The notes: generated by a model from the sequence alone, not told the origin. A DNA stretch of 64,000 bases from an uncultured Acidobacteriota bacterium (GCA_963734095.1 CAVTGK010000010.1:12656-76655), one strand, 5' to 3'; positions 36,712 through 48,493 are shown, counted from the stretch's first letter. A program made the numbers and translations.

Positions 36712-37507
36712 CTTTCGCAGCGACTGCCAGCAAATCAGCGCGCACCCGAGCGAGAGGAACGCCTCGTGGATGTCGGCCCGCTTGTCATACCGCACGCGCA
36801 GGCGGCGAAACTGGTTGAGCCAGGCAAACGTCCGCTCCACGACCCACCGCCACCGGCCCAGGCCACTCCCGTGCGCGGTGCGACGCATGGCCAGCAAGGG
36901 CACGATGTGACGAGTCCGGAGACCGCGCCGAATGCGCGGCCGCGTCGTAGCCGCGATCCCCGAGCACACAGTCCGGCCGCTGCCGCGGTCGCCCCCGTTC
37001 GCCGTGCAGCGGGGGAATCGCATCCACCAACGCCAGGGCTTCTTGCGAGTCGTTCCGGTTCGCGCCGGTCAGGCGAACCGCGAGCGGCACGCCCCGCCCG
37101 TCGCAGATCAGATGGCGCTTGCTCCCGCGCTTGGCCCGATCGGTGGGATTCGGACCGGTCTGGTCACCGCCGTACACCGCGCGGATGGAACAACTGTCCA
37201 CGACCGCCCGCGACCAATCAATCTGGTCGTCGCGCGCGAGCCAATCCAGCAGCGCAAAGTGGATCAGATCCCACACGCCCGCCTGTTGCCAATCGCGCAG
37301 GCGACGCCAGCACGTCATCCCCGACCCGCACCCGAGTTCCTGCGGGAGCATCTGCCAGGGAATACCGCTGCGAAGGACGAAGACAATGCCGGTGAGGCAC
37401 GCGCGATCCGAGACGCGCGGCCGCCCGCCTCTTGGCCGACGTGGTGGAATCGGCAAGAACGGTTCGACAAGATCCCACAACGGATCTGGAAGCAGCGCGG
37501 CGGCCAT
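36712..37507 (-). CDS. IS5-family DDE transposase; 1 frame shift near 36935, 3' end unclear
   Basis: MAAALLPDPLWDLVEPFLP..., GIPWQMLP, DSCSIRA, VLGDRGYDAAA then (shift) IRRGLRTRHIVPLLA..GSGLGRWRWVVERTFAWLNQFRRLRVRYDKRADIHEAFLSLGCALICWQSL. No stop is seen before the frame runs into the kinase gene. Confidence 0.85.
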
Positions 37508-37844
37508 ACCTGTTCACGCTACTTCGCCGACGAGGATCAGGTTTCGGAGGTTTTGTTACACGCTCTTAGGGCCTAACACTGGGTGTCACGCGCGATATTG
37601 CAGGCGAACGCCGCTGGAACCCTCGTCAAAATTTCTTCGCTGCTCGTCGTAAGCGGTCGGTACTCTTGAACGGCACTGGCGTACAGCAGGCCCGACAACC
37701 CCCAGCCGCTTGAAATAGTGCGAGCACGGCACTCGAAATACGTCGCCCGGCCCAAACAAGAGAAGTGCTGATGCAGACCCCACGAGACTTCCCCACAGTG
37801 TTGCTACCCAGACTTTAGGATTACGGGACCGGGGATAAAGCGCA

Positions 37845-38003
37845 AGCTGCTTCGCGAAAGGCCGGCCTCACTGTGTTCGGCCTGACAGGCCAAAGCCTAG
37901 AGACCCCTCCAGCCGAGCGACGCGAGGCTGGCCTTCCGCGGAGCGGCCTTCCGCGAGCGGCAGCGAGCGGCCCTCCGTGAAACGGCCCTCTGCGCCGAAG
38001 GCG
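37845..38003. repeat. inverted copy of the GGCCGCTTCGCGGA-type block; right arm of a split foldback
   Basis: GGCCTTCCGCGGAGCGGCCTTCCGCGAGCGGCAGCGAGCGGCCCTCCG... It also has its own short left arm: GCTTCGCGAAAGGCCGGCCTC pairs with GAGGCTGGCCTTCCGCGGAGC. Ends just before stop 38008(-). Confidence 0.8.
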
Positions 38004-38007
38004 CGGC

Positions 38008-38424
38008 CTACTGTGGTTTCCACTTCGCCGTGACCCGACCGACTTCTCCACCCGGCGCCCAAATCACGAGCACCTTCGCGCCCTTCGGGCCGGCTTTATG
38101 GCGAACTTGATCGGTCGATCGAATGCTGGCCACGGTCCCTGGCGTCAGCTTCACCGGGTTGCCGTTGATCACTTGCTCCATATCTCCCTCGAGGAGATAG
38201 AACGTCTCGGTCACGGCATGACGGTGTTCGCCCGAGTCGCTGTTCGGGGCCAGGGTCAACTCCGCCACCTCGACCTCGGTCCCACCAAGCGACGCAGCGT
38301 CAACGAGCACCTTCAATTGCGCGCCGCCGGGACTGACAAAAGCCTTTGCCGACGCCGACTGCTCGCGTGCCACCAGCGTTTGCACGATGACATTGCACCC
38401 ACGAGCACGACTCCAACGACACAT
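38008..38424 (-). CDS. cupin-domain protein (secreted?)
   Basis: Intact 138-aa ORF with the cupin core SGEHRHAVTETFYLLEGDMEQVINGNPVKLTPG. Confidence 0.7.
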   Translation of the reverse strand: MCRWSRARGCNVIVQTLVAREQSASAKAFVSPGGAQLKVLVDAASLGGTEVEVAELTLAPNSDSGEHRHAVTETFYLLEGDMEQVINGNPVKLTPGTVASIRSTDQVRHKAGPKGAKVLVIWAPGGEVGRVTAKWKPQ

Positions 38425-38449
38425 CTTCGCGCCATTTCTTAACTCCTCA

Positions 38450-38570
38450 TTCAGTTACAAGTTCCAAGTCCAAATTCTGCGGCGCCTTTCGGCGCCGCAG
38501 CGCTCCATCAACTACGAAACTTCTAACTCAACTCTGAACTTGTAATTGTAACCTGTAACTATCGCGATCG
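38450..38570. repeat. foldback palindrome, GTTACAAG / CTTGTAAC units, with embedded GC hairpin
   Basis: Left CAGTTACAAGTTCCAAGTCC. Right GAACTTGTAATTGTAACCTGTAACT. The same unit recurs at 58927-59003. Confidence 0.8.
38477..38500 (-). terminator. perfect 10-bp GC hairpin downstream of ilvD (candidate terminator)
   Basis: CTGCGGCGCC-tttc-GGCGCCGCAG. On the minus strand it is followed by AATTTGG, a weak U tract. Confidence 0.45.
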
Positions 38571-38575
38571 CACCT

Positions 38576-40262
38576 TTAATCAGTCACTGCCCCCAGGCTG
38601 GCACTCGTCACGAGACGAGCGTACTTGGCCAGCACGCCGCGCGTGTAGCGCGGCTTCGGCACCTTCCACTTCCTTTGACGAGCCTTGATCTCGCTGGCCG
38701 GCACGTCCAGCGTCAGCGTCCTCGCTCGAGCGTCGATCGCGATCGCGTCGCCGTTCTTGACGATGGCAAGCGGGCCGCCCGCAACGGCTTCGGGCGTGAT
38801 GTGGCCGACGACGAAGCCGTGCGTGCCGCCGCTGAAGCGGCCGTCCGTGATCAGCGCCACGTCCTTGCCCAGCCCCCGCCCATGACCGCGCTGGTCGGCG
38901 AGAGCATCTCGCGCATGCCCGGTCCGCCGCGCGGTCCTTCGTAGCGGATGACGACCACGTGTCCTTTCTTCACGCGGCCACGAGAATCGCCTCGAGCGCG
39001 TCCTCCTCGCGATCGAAGACGACCGCCTTGCCCGTGAATCGCTCGCCTTCCTTGCCGCTGATTTTCGCCACCGCGCCTTCCGGCGCGAGGTTGCCGTAGA
39101 GAATGACGAGATGACTGTCCGCTTTGATCGGGCGATCGAAAGCGGCCGGACGATGTCCTGACCGTTTGGGATACTGCACGCGTCGTCTCGAAGGTTTTCC
39201 GCAAGCGTTCGCCCGGTCACGGTCAGCGCATCGCCATGCAGCAGCCCCTCCTCCAGCAGCATCTTCATCAGCGGCGTCAGGCCGCCGATGCTGCACGAGT
39301 TCGGCCATCTCGATACCGGCCGCTCGGCTTCAGATCGGCCAGCACCGGCACGCGCCTGCCGATCCGCGTGAAGTCGTCGATGGTCAGCTTCACGCCCGCC
39401 GCATGGGCAATCGCGAGCAGATGCAGCACCGCGTTGGTCGAACCGCCGAGGGCGATGACGGCCGTAATGGCGTTCTCGAAGGCCTTCTTCGTCAGGATGT
39501 CGCGCGGGCGGATGCCCGCGTCTCGAGCAGACTGCATCACCGCCGCGCCGGCGCGCGCGCAGTCATCGCGCTTGTCCTTCGAGATTGCGGCCTGCGCCGA
39601 GCTGTTGGGCAGACTCATGCCGAGCGCCTCGATGGCGGAGGCCATCGTGTTCGCCGTGTACATTCCGCCGCAGGACCCGGCCCGGGAAACGCGCGCGACT
39701 CGAGATCCGCGAGATCCGCGTCGCTCAGAGCGCCCGCCGCGTGCTGCCCCACCGCTTCGAACACCGAGACGATGTCGACCGGCTTTTCTCGCCACGTGCC
39801 CGGCAAGAATCGTGCCGCCATAGACGAAGACTGCCGGGCGATTGAGGCGCGCCATCGCCATCACGCAGCCGGGCATGTTCTTGTCGCAGCCGCCAATCGC
39901 CACCAGGCCATCGAAGCCCTCGCCGCCCACGACCGTCTCGATCGAGTCGGCGATCACCTCGCGCGACACCAGCGAATACTTCATCCCCTCGGTGCCCATC
40001 GAGATGCCGTCGGACACCGTGATGGTGTTGAAAATCACGGCCTTGCCGCCGGCCGCGTCGACGCCGCCGGCCGCGTGCCGCGCCAGCTCGTCGATATGCA
40101 TGTTGCAGGGCGTCACCTCGCTCCAGGTCGAGCAGATCCCGACCTGCGGTTTGGCGAAATCCTCGCGACGTAAAGCCGACCGCGTGCAGCATCGCGCGGC
40201 CGGCGGCGCGCGCGCAGGACCGTCGAGGACCGTGGATGAGTGCGACCGCTTCTGTTGACCAT
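38576..40262 (-). CDS. ilvD: dihydroxy-acid dehydratase; heavily frame-disrupted (>=7 shifts)
   Basis: [136 protein letters not shown]. Spread over three frames. Confidence 0.9.
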
Positions 40263-40291
40263 AGCCTGACGCGGGAAGTCTACACTTCTTC

Positions 40292-40677
40292 CATGGCGCG
40301 ACAGTCGTCCGGCTCGACGTGTGGCTCGACGTCGCGTGTCTGTTCAAAACCCGGTCGGAGGCGCAGAAGGAGTGCAAGGTCGGCCGCGTCAGCGTGAACG
40401 GCGTGGTCGCCAAGCCTCATCGTGACCTGCGCATCGGCGACAACTAATCATCTCGCGACCCGCGGGCCGTCGACAGATCATCGTGGTACGCGCCCTCGCC
40501 GACAGACACGTTGCAAAGGCTGAGGCGCGCGCGCTGTACGAGGATCGCACGCCGCCAGCAACGGCCGAGGAAGTCGAGATGCGGCGGTTGGAGCGGGTGT
40601 TCAAGGCGACCACCCATGGCACCCGACTGGATCGACGCGATCAACGTGAAGTCGCCCGCCGGAAGTGGACGACCTAG
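40292..40677 (+). CDS. S4-domain RNA-binding protein (Hsp15-like); 2 frame shifts
   Basis: [45 protein letters not shown], then [33 protein letters not shown]... up to the stop at 40677. Confidence 0.55.
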
Positions 40678-40714
40678 CGCCGACACAGATGTGGCTTGCG
40701 TCTAAGATACGACC

Positions 40715-43435
40715 GTGGCCCGCCGAACCATCGTCTTAGTCGTCTTCGCTCTCCTCTTCTTCGTCCTTCCATCCACGACGACGTTTCTCGTGGATTGGCT
40801 GTGGTTCGGCGAAGTGGGGTATCGGCCGGTATTCGTGACCGCGCTGACGGCGCGCGCGGCCATCGGCGCGGCGTGTGTTTGTCGCTCGCTTCCTGTGGTG
40901 GCGCGCACCTTCGCCACGCGCTCAACGCGTCCAGCGGCGCGCCCGCGTCGTTCACCACGCGGGAAGGCTTCACGATTGTGCTGCCGACGCGCGATCAGTT
41001 GCGCCCGCTGGCGCTCCTGGCCGCCGCGGCCGCGCCGCTGCTGCTCGCGCTGTTTGCTGCGTCGGAGTGGCTGACGCTCCTCCAGTGGTGGCACCAGACG
41101 CCATTTCCGGCTGCGGATCCCATCCTCGGCTACAACGCCGCGTTCTACATCTTCACGCTGCCGCTGCTCGAGATCGTGCGCGGCATGGGGCTAGCGCTCG
41201 TCGTGCTCGCCGCCATCGGTTCGGCGGCGGTCTACGTCTTTGCGGGCGAGCTGGCGCTGACGCCGTTCGGTCTGCGCATGGCGCCCAGCGTGCGACGGCA
41301 TGGCGCGGTGCTCGCGGCCGCTTTGTTCGTGGTGCTCGCCTCGGCGCGTGGCTCGATCAACCGCGCGCATGGTCACGGCGTCGGGCATCATTCAGGGCGC
41401 GAGCTACACCGACGTGCACGCGCGCATGCCGGCGGCGCTGGCACTGGCCGCCGCGGCAGCGATCGGCGTGGTGCTGTCGTTGCTGCTACGCGACTGGATC
41501 GCGCGCCGTGGGCGCTCGTCGCCGCCGCCGGCGCTCTACGCGGTCGTGCTGCTCGGTGGCGGACTCTACGCGCACGTTCATGCAGCGGTTCGTCGTCGTC
41601 GCCCAACGAACAGGCGCGCGAGACGCCGTATATCGCGCACAACATCGCCGCCACGCGCCAGGGCGTTCGCGCTCGACCGCATCGAGGAACGCGAGCTGAC
41701 CGGTGATGCCGAGCTCACGCGCGCGGACGTCGAGCGCAACCGCGAGACGCTCGAGAACGTGCGGCTCTGGGATCATCAGCCGCTGCTCGAGACGTTCGGA
41801 CAGATTCAGGAGATCCGCACGTACTACGACTTCATCTCGGTCGACAACGACCGCTACGAACTCGACGGCCGAACGCGCCAGGTGATGCTGTCGGTGCGCG
41901 AGCTGAATCCAGCGGCGCTGCCGAACCGCACGTGGATCAACGAACGGCTCGTGTTCACGCACGGTCACGGCTTGACCCTCGGACCGGTCAATCAGGTGGA
42001 CCGGAAGGCCTGCCGGTGCTGTTCATCCGCGACCTGCCACCGGTGTCGACCGTCAATCTCGCAGGTGACGCAGCCGAGCATCTATTTCGGCGAGCTGTCG
42101 AACGAATACGTCATCGCCCGCACTCGGGCGCGCGAGTTCCACTACCCGAAAGGCGAGGACAACGTCTATGCCGACTACGACGGCCGCGGCGGCATTCCAG
42201 CGTCGTCGCTTCTCCGCAGAAGCTGCTGTTCGCCGTACACTTCCGCGCGTATCAGATCCTGCTGAGCGACGACATCACGACTGAGAGCCGACTGATGTTC
42301 GATCGGCAGATTCGCAGCGCGTCGCGAAGATCGCGCCGTTCCTCAGCTACGACAACGATCCGTATCCGGTGGTCGACGAGGGCCGCATCTTCTGGATCCA
42401 GGACGCGTACACGACCTCGATCGCGCTATCCCGTACTCGACGGCCGCCGGCCGACAACATCAACTACATCCGCAATCGGTCAAGGTCGTCATCGATGCGT
42501 ACCACGGCACGGTGACGTTTTATCTGGCCGAACCGAGCGATCCGATCATCCAGACGCTCGCGAGGATGTTCCCGACGCTGCTCCGGCCGCTGACGGAAAT
42601 GCCGGCCGGGCTGCGGCGGCACATGCGCTATCCCGAAGGCATCTTCAACCTGCAGGCGCCGTGTACTCGACGTATCACATGACGAACCCGGCGGTCTTCT
42701 ACAACAAGGAAGATCAGTGGGAGGTCCCGGCGATCGATCGCGGCACCGACGAGACGTGCGGATGGAGCCGTACTACACCATCATGAGGCTGCCGGGCGAG
42801 TCAGCCGCGCCGAGTTCATCCAGATGCTGCCGTTCACGCCGCGGCGCCGCGACAACCTGGCATCGTGGATGGTGGCGCGCAGCGACGGCGAGCATTACGG
42901 TCAGTTGCTGGTCTTCCAGTTTCCGAAGCAGAAGCTGGTGTTCGGTCCGCGACAGGTGGTGGCGCGCATCAATCAGGACCAGGTGATCTCGCCGCAGATC
43001 ACGCTGTGGAACCAGCAGGGGTCGGAGGTGATTCAGGGCACGCTGATGGTGATTCCGATCGAAGAATCGCTGATCTACGTCCGGCCGCTGTACCTGCGTG
43101 CGCAGGCGGGCCGCATTCCCGAACTCACGCGAGTCATCGTCGCCTATCAGAACCAGATCGTGATGGAGCGCACGCTCGACGCCGGGCTGGCGCGCTTGTT
43201 TGGCGCCGTGCCGCAGCCTGGCCGCCTGGCGCACCGACCGCGCCGGCGCACCGGCGCACCGAGGCACCGGCGGAACCTGCGCGACCGCGCCGCACCGGCG
43301 GCACGCCGGAGGCAACGGAACTCGCCGCCGAAGCGCGCGCCGTCGTACGACCGCGCAATCGCCGCGCAAAAAGCCGGCGATTGGGCGAAATACGGCGAGG
43401 AGATCCGGCGCCTCGGCGAAATCCTCGGCGCATGA
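40715..43435 (+). CDS. UPF0182 family membrane protein; heavily frame-disrupted (>=10 shifts)
   Basis: [164 protein letters not shown]. Confidence 0.85.
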
Positions 43436-44693
43436 AGACAGCCTTGACCGTCGAGTGCTCAGAGCTCGACGGTCAGTCGGCGCCGGTGTCTTCGGCACCT
43501 GGTGCGCCTGGCGGTTTCTCGCGGAGCGCGGCCATCGCGTCACGCTGATCGACGCGTACGGCCCGGCGAACCCGCGCGCGAGCTCCGCCGATCACTCGCG
43601 CGTCATCCGCTGCGGCTACGGCGCCGATGCGATCTATTCGCGATGGGCGCAGCGCATTCCGACGACTGGCAGTGGCTGTCGCGCGAACGCGGACGCGAGC
43701 TCGTTGACCACATCCGGCGCGCTGTTCATGGGCGAGCCGGGCAACGCCTACATCGCTCACACCAGCGAGACGCTGGCAGGCGCTGGGATCGGCGCGGAGC
43801 TGCTCGAGCCGGCGGAGTCTGGCGCATCGCTTCCCGCAGATCGCCATCGACGGCCTCGGCGCTGTCGCTGTTCGAACCAGAGGCGGGAGTGATCCGCGCG
43901 CGCGCGGCGGTGCAGGCGCTCGCGACGCTCGCGCAGACGCGAGCCGAACGTCGACTATCGCAGGCACGGCCGTCGCAGCCGCTGGACGAGTCGCGCGAGT
44001 CGCCACGCGTTCGTCGAATCGGCCGGCGAGCGTCATCGAAGCCGACCTGTATGTGCTGGCCTGCGGTCCCTGGCTGCCCGGCGTTCTTCCGCTCGCCGTC
44101 GGCAGTCGATTGCGGCCGACGCGGCAAGAGGTGCTGTACTTCGGCGTTCCGCCCGGCGATCGGCGCTTCTCGATCCCGCGACTTGCCGGTCTGGATCGAC
44201 TTCGCCGCGGGCTTCTATGGCGTGCCCGACCTCGACGCGCGAGGGTTCAAGGTCGGCATCGATCGCCATGGGCCGCCGATCGATCCGGATCGAGCCGACC
44301 GCGTCGTGGACCCGCAGGTCGTCGGAAGACACGCGCGACTGGATGGCGCGGCGCTTCCCGGCGTTAGCCGACGCCCCACTCGTCGACGCGCGCGTCTGTC
44401 AGTACGAAAACACGCACGACCGGCGACTTCATCATCGACCGTCATCCGGCCTGGTCGAACGTGTGGATCGTCGGCGGCGGCTCGGGCCACGGCTTCAAGC
44501 ACGGCCCGCGGTCGGCCGTTATGTCGCGGCGTTGATTGCCGGCGATGCAACGCCCCAGCCGCGATTCGCGCTCGCGTCGAAGACCACGAAGCGCGCGATC
44601 GGTGTATTGAAGAGGGCACAGGGCACAGGGCGTCAGGGCTCAGGGCCCGCGCTTAGCCTGACCTGCCCTGTGCCCTACGCCCTGTGCCCTTAG
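43432..44693 (+). CDS. FAD-dependent oxidoreductase (DAO/sarcosine-oxidase-like); heavily frame-disrupted, 3' end uncertain
   Basis: ATGA overlap with the UPF0182 stop. [29 protein letters not shown] (dinucleotide fold), [36 protein letters not shown], the ...HGFKHGP-type C-terminal region. The last codons run into the 44603 repeat. Confidence 0.7.
44603..44689. repeat. foldback palindrome, GGGCACAG / CTGTGCCC units
   Basis: GGGCACAGGGCACAGGGCGTCAGGGCTCAGGGC ... GCCTGACCTGCCCTGTGCCCTACGCCCTGTGCCC. Lies between convergent genes. Confidence 0.9.
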
Positions 44694-47276
44694 AAAGAGA
44701 ATCGCCAGCCCAGCTCGATCCGTCGTGCGGCTTGCGCCGACGTCGGCGGCCGAAAAATGGCGAGGTGAGCACGCCGACATACGAGCTGTAGTTCACGCGG
44801 TTGAAAGCGTTCTGGACCGAACAGATACATCTCGAACCGCGCGGCTCTGACCGCGATCGCCGGGGCCACCGCGGGCCGCCTGGGCCTCCCGGGCCGCGCT
44901 GCGCGACCACCGACCGCCGTGCCGCGTGCGCGCTGAACGGCACTGAGGCATCGATACGACGGCCGTGAATATCCACGACACGCGCGTGTCGGTCGCGAGT
45001 CAACCCGCGCAACTGTTGCGCCCGACGCCGACCGGGCGATCGTTGAAGATCGCGTCGCCGATTGTCATCCGGCCGGTCGTGATGTTGTAGGGCGAGCCCG
45101 ACTGCAGGCGGCCGTTCATCGAGCCGTCACGCCCCAGACGATGGGAGCCGCCAATGTTCCAGTTGAAGACGATGACGCAAATCGCCGCGAGCGGCGCCCA
45201 CTCGGTCTCGAACGTGCCGGTGGCGGGCGGCGTCAGCGCATCGTCGGCATCATTGAACGTTCTCGAGTAGCCGTAGCGGACGATTGCTGAACATGCCGGC
45301 CGCGGCGAGAACGACAGGTCGACGTTGAGCCCGGTGCGCGTCGATCGTCCGATCGACTGGACGAGCAGCATGCGGCCGGAGAGCGGGTCGGGGCGCACGC
45401 CGTCGACCGGCGCGTTCAGGTCGAGCGATCGGAAGTCGTTCGAGGTGTGCTCGTAGAAGCTGTCGAGATTGAAGCGCAGGCCCTGCCGAATCTGGTGATC
45501 GAAGCCAACCGACGTCCGCTGCCAGCGTGGCAGCTCCGCGCGACTCTGCGAGCTCGAGCCGCGTCGGCGGATCTCGTCGCGACGTCGCGTCCCCTGACCA
45601 TACGGATCGGGATAGCCGGGATCGCGAATGATGACTTCTTGCTCGCGTCGATCCTGAGCGCAGGCGCCGCGTCTTCTTCTTCGATGCGGGCCGGCATCCA
45701 GCCGTAGAACCAGCCGTAGCCGGCGCGCAGGCTCGTCTGGCCATTGCGCCGGAACGCCGCGTGACGCCAATGCGCGGCGCGATGGCGCCGCGATCGTCGA
45801 TGCCGATCTGCCATTCGTAGCGCGCGCCCAGCCCGAAGTTCCACGCGACGCCGCGTGAATTCGGCCTGGATGAAAGTCGCGCCTTGCCTGACCGAGAACG
45901 CCAGCGGCTGCGCGCCCACGCGCTGCGTGAACGTGGCCGGACGGCCCGCCTCGAAGGCCGCGATGTCGGTGAACGTGAACGTGCCGAGCGTGTTCCGCAA
46001 CTGCCCCTGATCGTTCCGGTCCCAGGTGACAAGCGATCCGACGCGAAGCGTGTACGGCCGCGCCTTCAGAGTGAACATCGTGTCGGCGACCACGCTGCGA
46101 TTGCGGTCTGGCCGTTGATGGACGCGCCGCCCGCACGAAACGCGTTCTGGACGACGATTGGGGCGCCACCGTGTCGGGGATCGACCGCGCCAGTGGCGTG
46201 ATCGAACTGAAGGCGGACGTGATACGGGCGTCGCTGCCCGCCCTCGAGCGAGAAGCGCAGCTCGTGATCGGCGTCCTTGCGCCGATAGCCGCGCTCCGGG
46301 AGATCGAGCTCCGAGATGCCCTGATTGTCGCGCTCCGAGCTGCTGACGCGTCAAACGACGCGCGGAAGAGCGTCGTCTTGGTCAGCAGTCCTTCGGTGCG
46401 CGCCGAGATTTCCCTGTTGTCGTACGGCTGCGCGAGCGCCGCCACGAAGGGGCCCTGTGGAGTGACAGCGGCGAATGCCGCGCGTATCTTCGGACGAGGA
46501 GCTCTCGATATTCCGCTGGGAAACGAGATGCGGTTCTTGACCAGCGGTCCGGCCGCGAAACGCGTTCACCCGCATCAACGTGCCCGCCTTGGCCGTGCGG
46601 GCCACCGCGTTGTGCGCGGACAAGCCGCTCGGCCGCACGTCAGCCCCGCATTGCCTCGCCAACGATCGACGCCGGGTCGGGTCGCAATCTCGACACGGCC
46701 CTGCCCCACTTGATGAAACTCGGCCGAAAACGCGTCGCGACGAACGACAATGCGCGCGATCTGATCGCGTGTGGGCAATCGCCCGCCGGTAAAGCCGTCG
46801 ACCCGAATGGCGGCTCCCGGCCCCGCAATCTCTTCGAGCATGCGCTGCAGCTCCTCAGGATCGTCGGGGAGTTGATCGATCTCGGCCTGTGAAGTGTTTC
46901 GGTGAGGCCGCCCGCGGCTGCTTCCTGGGTCGCCGACACGCTGACGTCGGTCTCAATGCGGCCAGCGCCAGCGACACCGTCACTGGATGATTGGTCACCC
47001 GTGGCGGGATGGTGACTTCGACCTCGGTGGTGCAAAGCCGGGCGCGGACACCACCAGCTTCACTGCTTGGGCCTGGCGAACGTTGATGGTCGCCAAGCCC
47101 CTCGCCATCGGCGCTCTGTTCGGCAATCACATCCGGCCCGGCCAGCACGATGATTTGCGCGTTCGGAATGGTCGCGCCGGAGGGTCTTCCACCCGAACCG
47201 AAATCCGTCGATCCTGAGCGGCCGCATCGACAACCCCGAGCAAAAAGACAACGACCACGACCCACACGACGCGCAT
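44690..47276 (-). CDS. TonB-dependent receptor-like outer-membrane protein with CarboxypepD_reg N-domain; heavily frame-disrupted
   Basis: N-terminus MRVVWVVVVVFLLGVVDAAAQDRRISVRVEDPSGATIPNAQIIVLAGPD. C-terminus [38 protein letters not shown], followed by the stop. Confidence 0.7.
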
Positions 47277-47349
47277 TGCTGGAGTTACGACGGCAGGCCG
47301 GCCGATTTACCTGACGCCAGGGAAAAGCCAGCCCGGTACAATTGAAGAC

Positions 47350-48493
47350 GTGTCGAGCCTGAGCGAGCTGCTGAGCCAGCGCACTCGTGAGGGCGATGTG
47401 TACGATCGGCTCGACCGCGAGTGGGTCCGTTGCCACGCCTGCGGGCACGACTGCGCAATCCCGCCCGGAGCCCTCGGCGTCTGCAAGGTTCGTTACAACG
47501 AGGGCGGCACGCTTACGCGTCCCGTGGGGATACGTCGCCGGCTGCAGTGCGATCCCATCGAGAAGAAGCCGTTTTTCCACGCCTGGCCGGGCGGGCTCGC
47601 CTACAGCTTCGGCATGCTCGGCTGCGATCTGCATTGCGCCTATTGTCAGAACTGGGTGACCTCCCAGGCGCTGCGCGATCCCGCGGCGACGGCGCCGCCG
47701 CGCGACGTCGATCCCGAAGAGCTGGCTGCGGACGCCGTGCGGCAAGGCGCGCGCGTCGTGGTCTCGACCTACAACGAGCCGCTCATCACGGTCGAATGGG
47801 CGCGTGGCCGTGTTTCAAGGCGGCGCGCGCGCGCGGGCTTGGCAACTGGCTTCGTGTCGAATGGCAATGGGACCCCGCAAGTGCTCGATTACCTCGACGC
47901 CTTGGATCGACGTCTACAAGGTCGATCTCAAGAGCTTCAACGACCGTCAGTATCGCAAGCTCGGTGGTCGGCTCCAGCCAATCCTCGACACCATCCGAGC
48001 GCTGCACGCCGCGGGGTCTGGGTGGAGATCGTCACGTTGCTCGTGCCAGGATTCAACGACTCGGACGAAGAGCTGACGGCGCTCACCGATTTCTGGCGTC
48101 GGTCTCGCCGCGACATTCCCTGGCACGTCACGGCTTTTCACCAGGACTACCGCATGCAAGACACGGCGGCGACCACGGCGGCCCAGTTGCGTCGAGCCGC
48201 GGCGCTGGGACAACGCGCGGGCCTGCATCACGTGTATGCGGGAAACCTGCCCGGCCAGGTCGGTGACCTCGAAGACACGCGCTGCGCAACGTGTTCGCAA
48301 CGTACTCGTCGAGCGCTTCGGCTATCACATCCAGGGATATCACGTGAAATCGGATGGCACGTGCCCGTCCTGCCAGACGCCAGTTCCGGGCCGGTGGGAT
48401 GCTGCGATTCGGCGGTCAAATCACCGACCATCCGTTTCTGCCCCACGACCGCACACGCCGGCAGTCGCCCTTTCGTGTTCTTTCCTGACATAA
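47350..48493 (+). CDS. AmmeMemoRadiSam-system-type radical SAM enzyme; about 4 frame shifts
   Basis: VRCHACGHDCAIPPGALGVCKVRYN, CDPIEKKPFFHAWPG, GCDLHCAYCQNW, YNEPLI, VSNGNGTPQVLDYL, VDLKSF, VTLLVPGFNDSDEEL, C-terminal CPSC. Confidence 0.75.

Larger units (their letters stand above)
33742..37565 (-). mobile_element. IS5-family-bounded 3.8-kb unit (transposase plus kinase passenger) with perfect 25-bp terminal inverted repeats and TTA flanks
   Basis: 33742-33766 GAGCGTGTAACAAAACCTCCGAAAC is the reverse complement of 37541-37565. TTA at 33739-33741 and 37566-37568. Contains the transposase (37507 to about 36712) and the kinase gene (36632 to 33935). Confidence 0.6.

Noticed and set aside
36931-36945. 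Frame change inside the IS5-family transposase as a programmed ribosomal frameshift.
   Set aside because: It falls within the catalytic region (after GDRGYD) with no slippery A/T run. The window is full of similar indels, so a sequence error or a simple mutation is more likely.
37569-37844. About 275 nt of unassigned sequence right of the IS end, with two ~60-aa minus-strand ORFs (37573-37755, 37586-37783).
   Set aside because: No motifs, RBS or coding-like composition. I could not see a tRNA-like or other structured RNA signature. Left unannotated.
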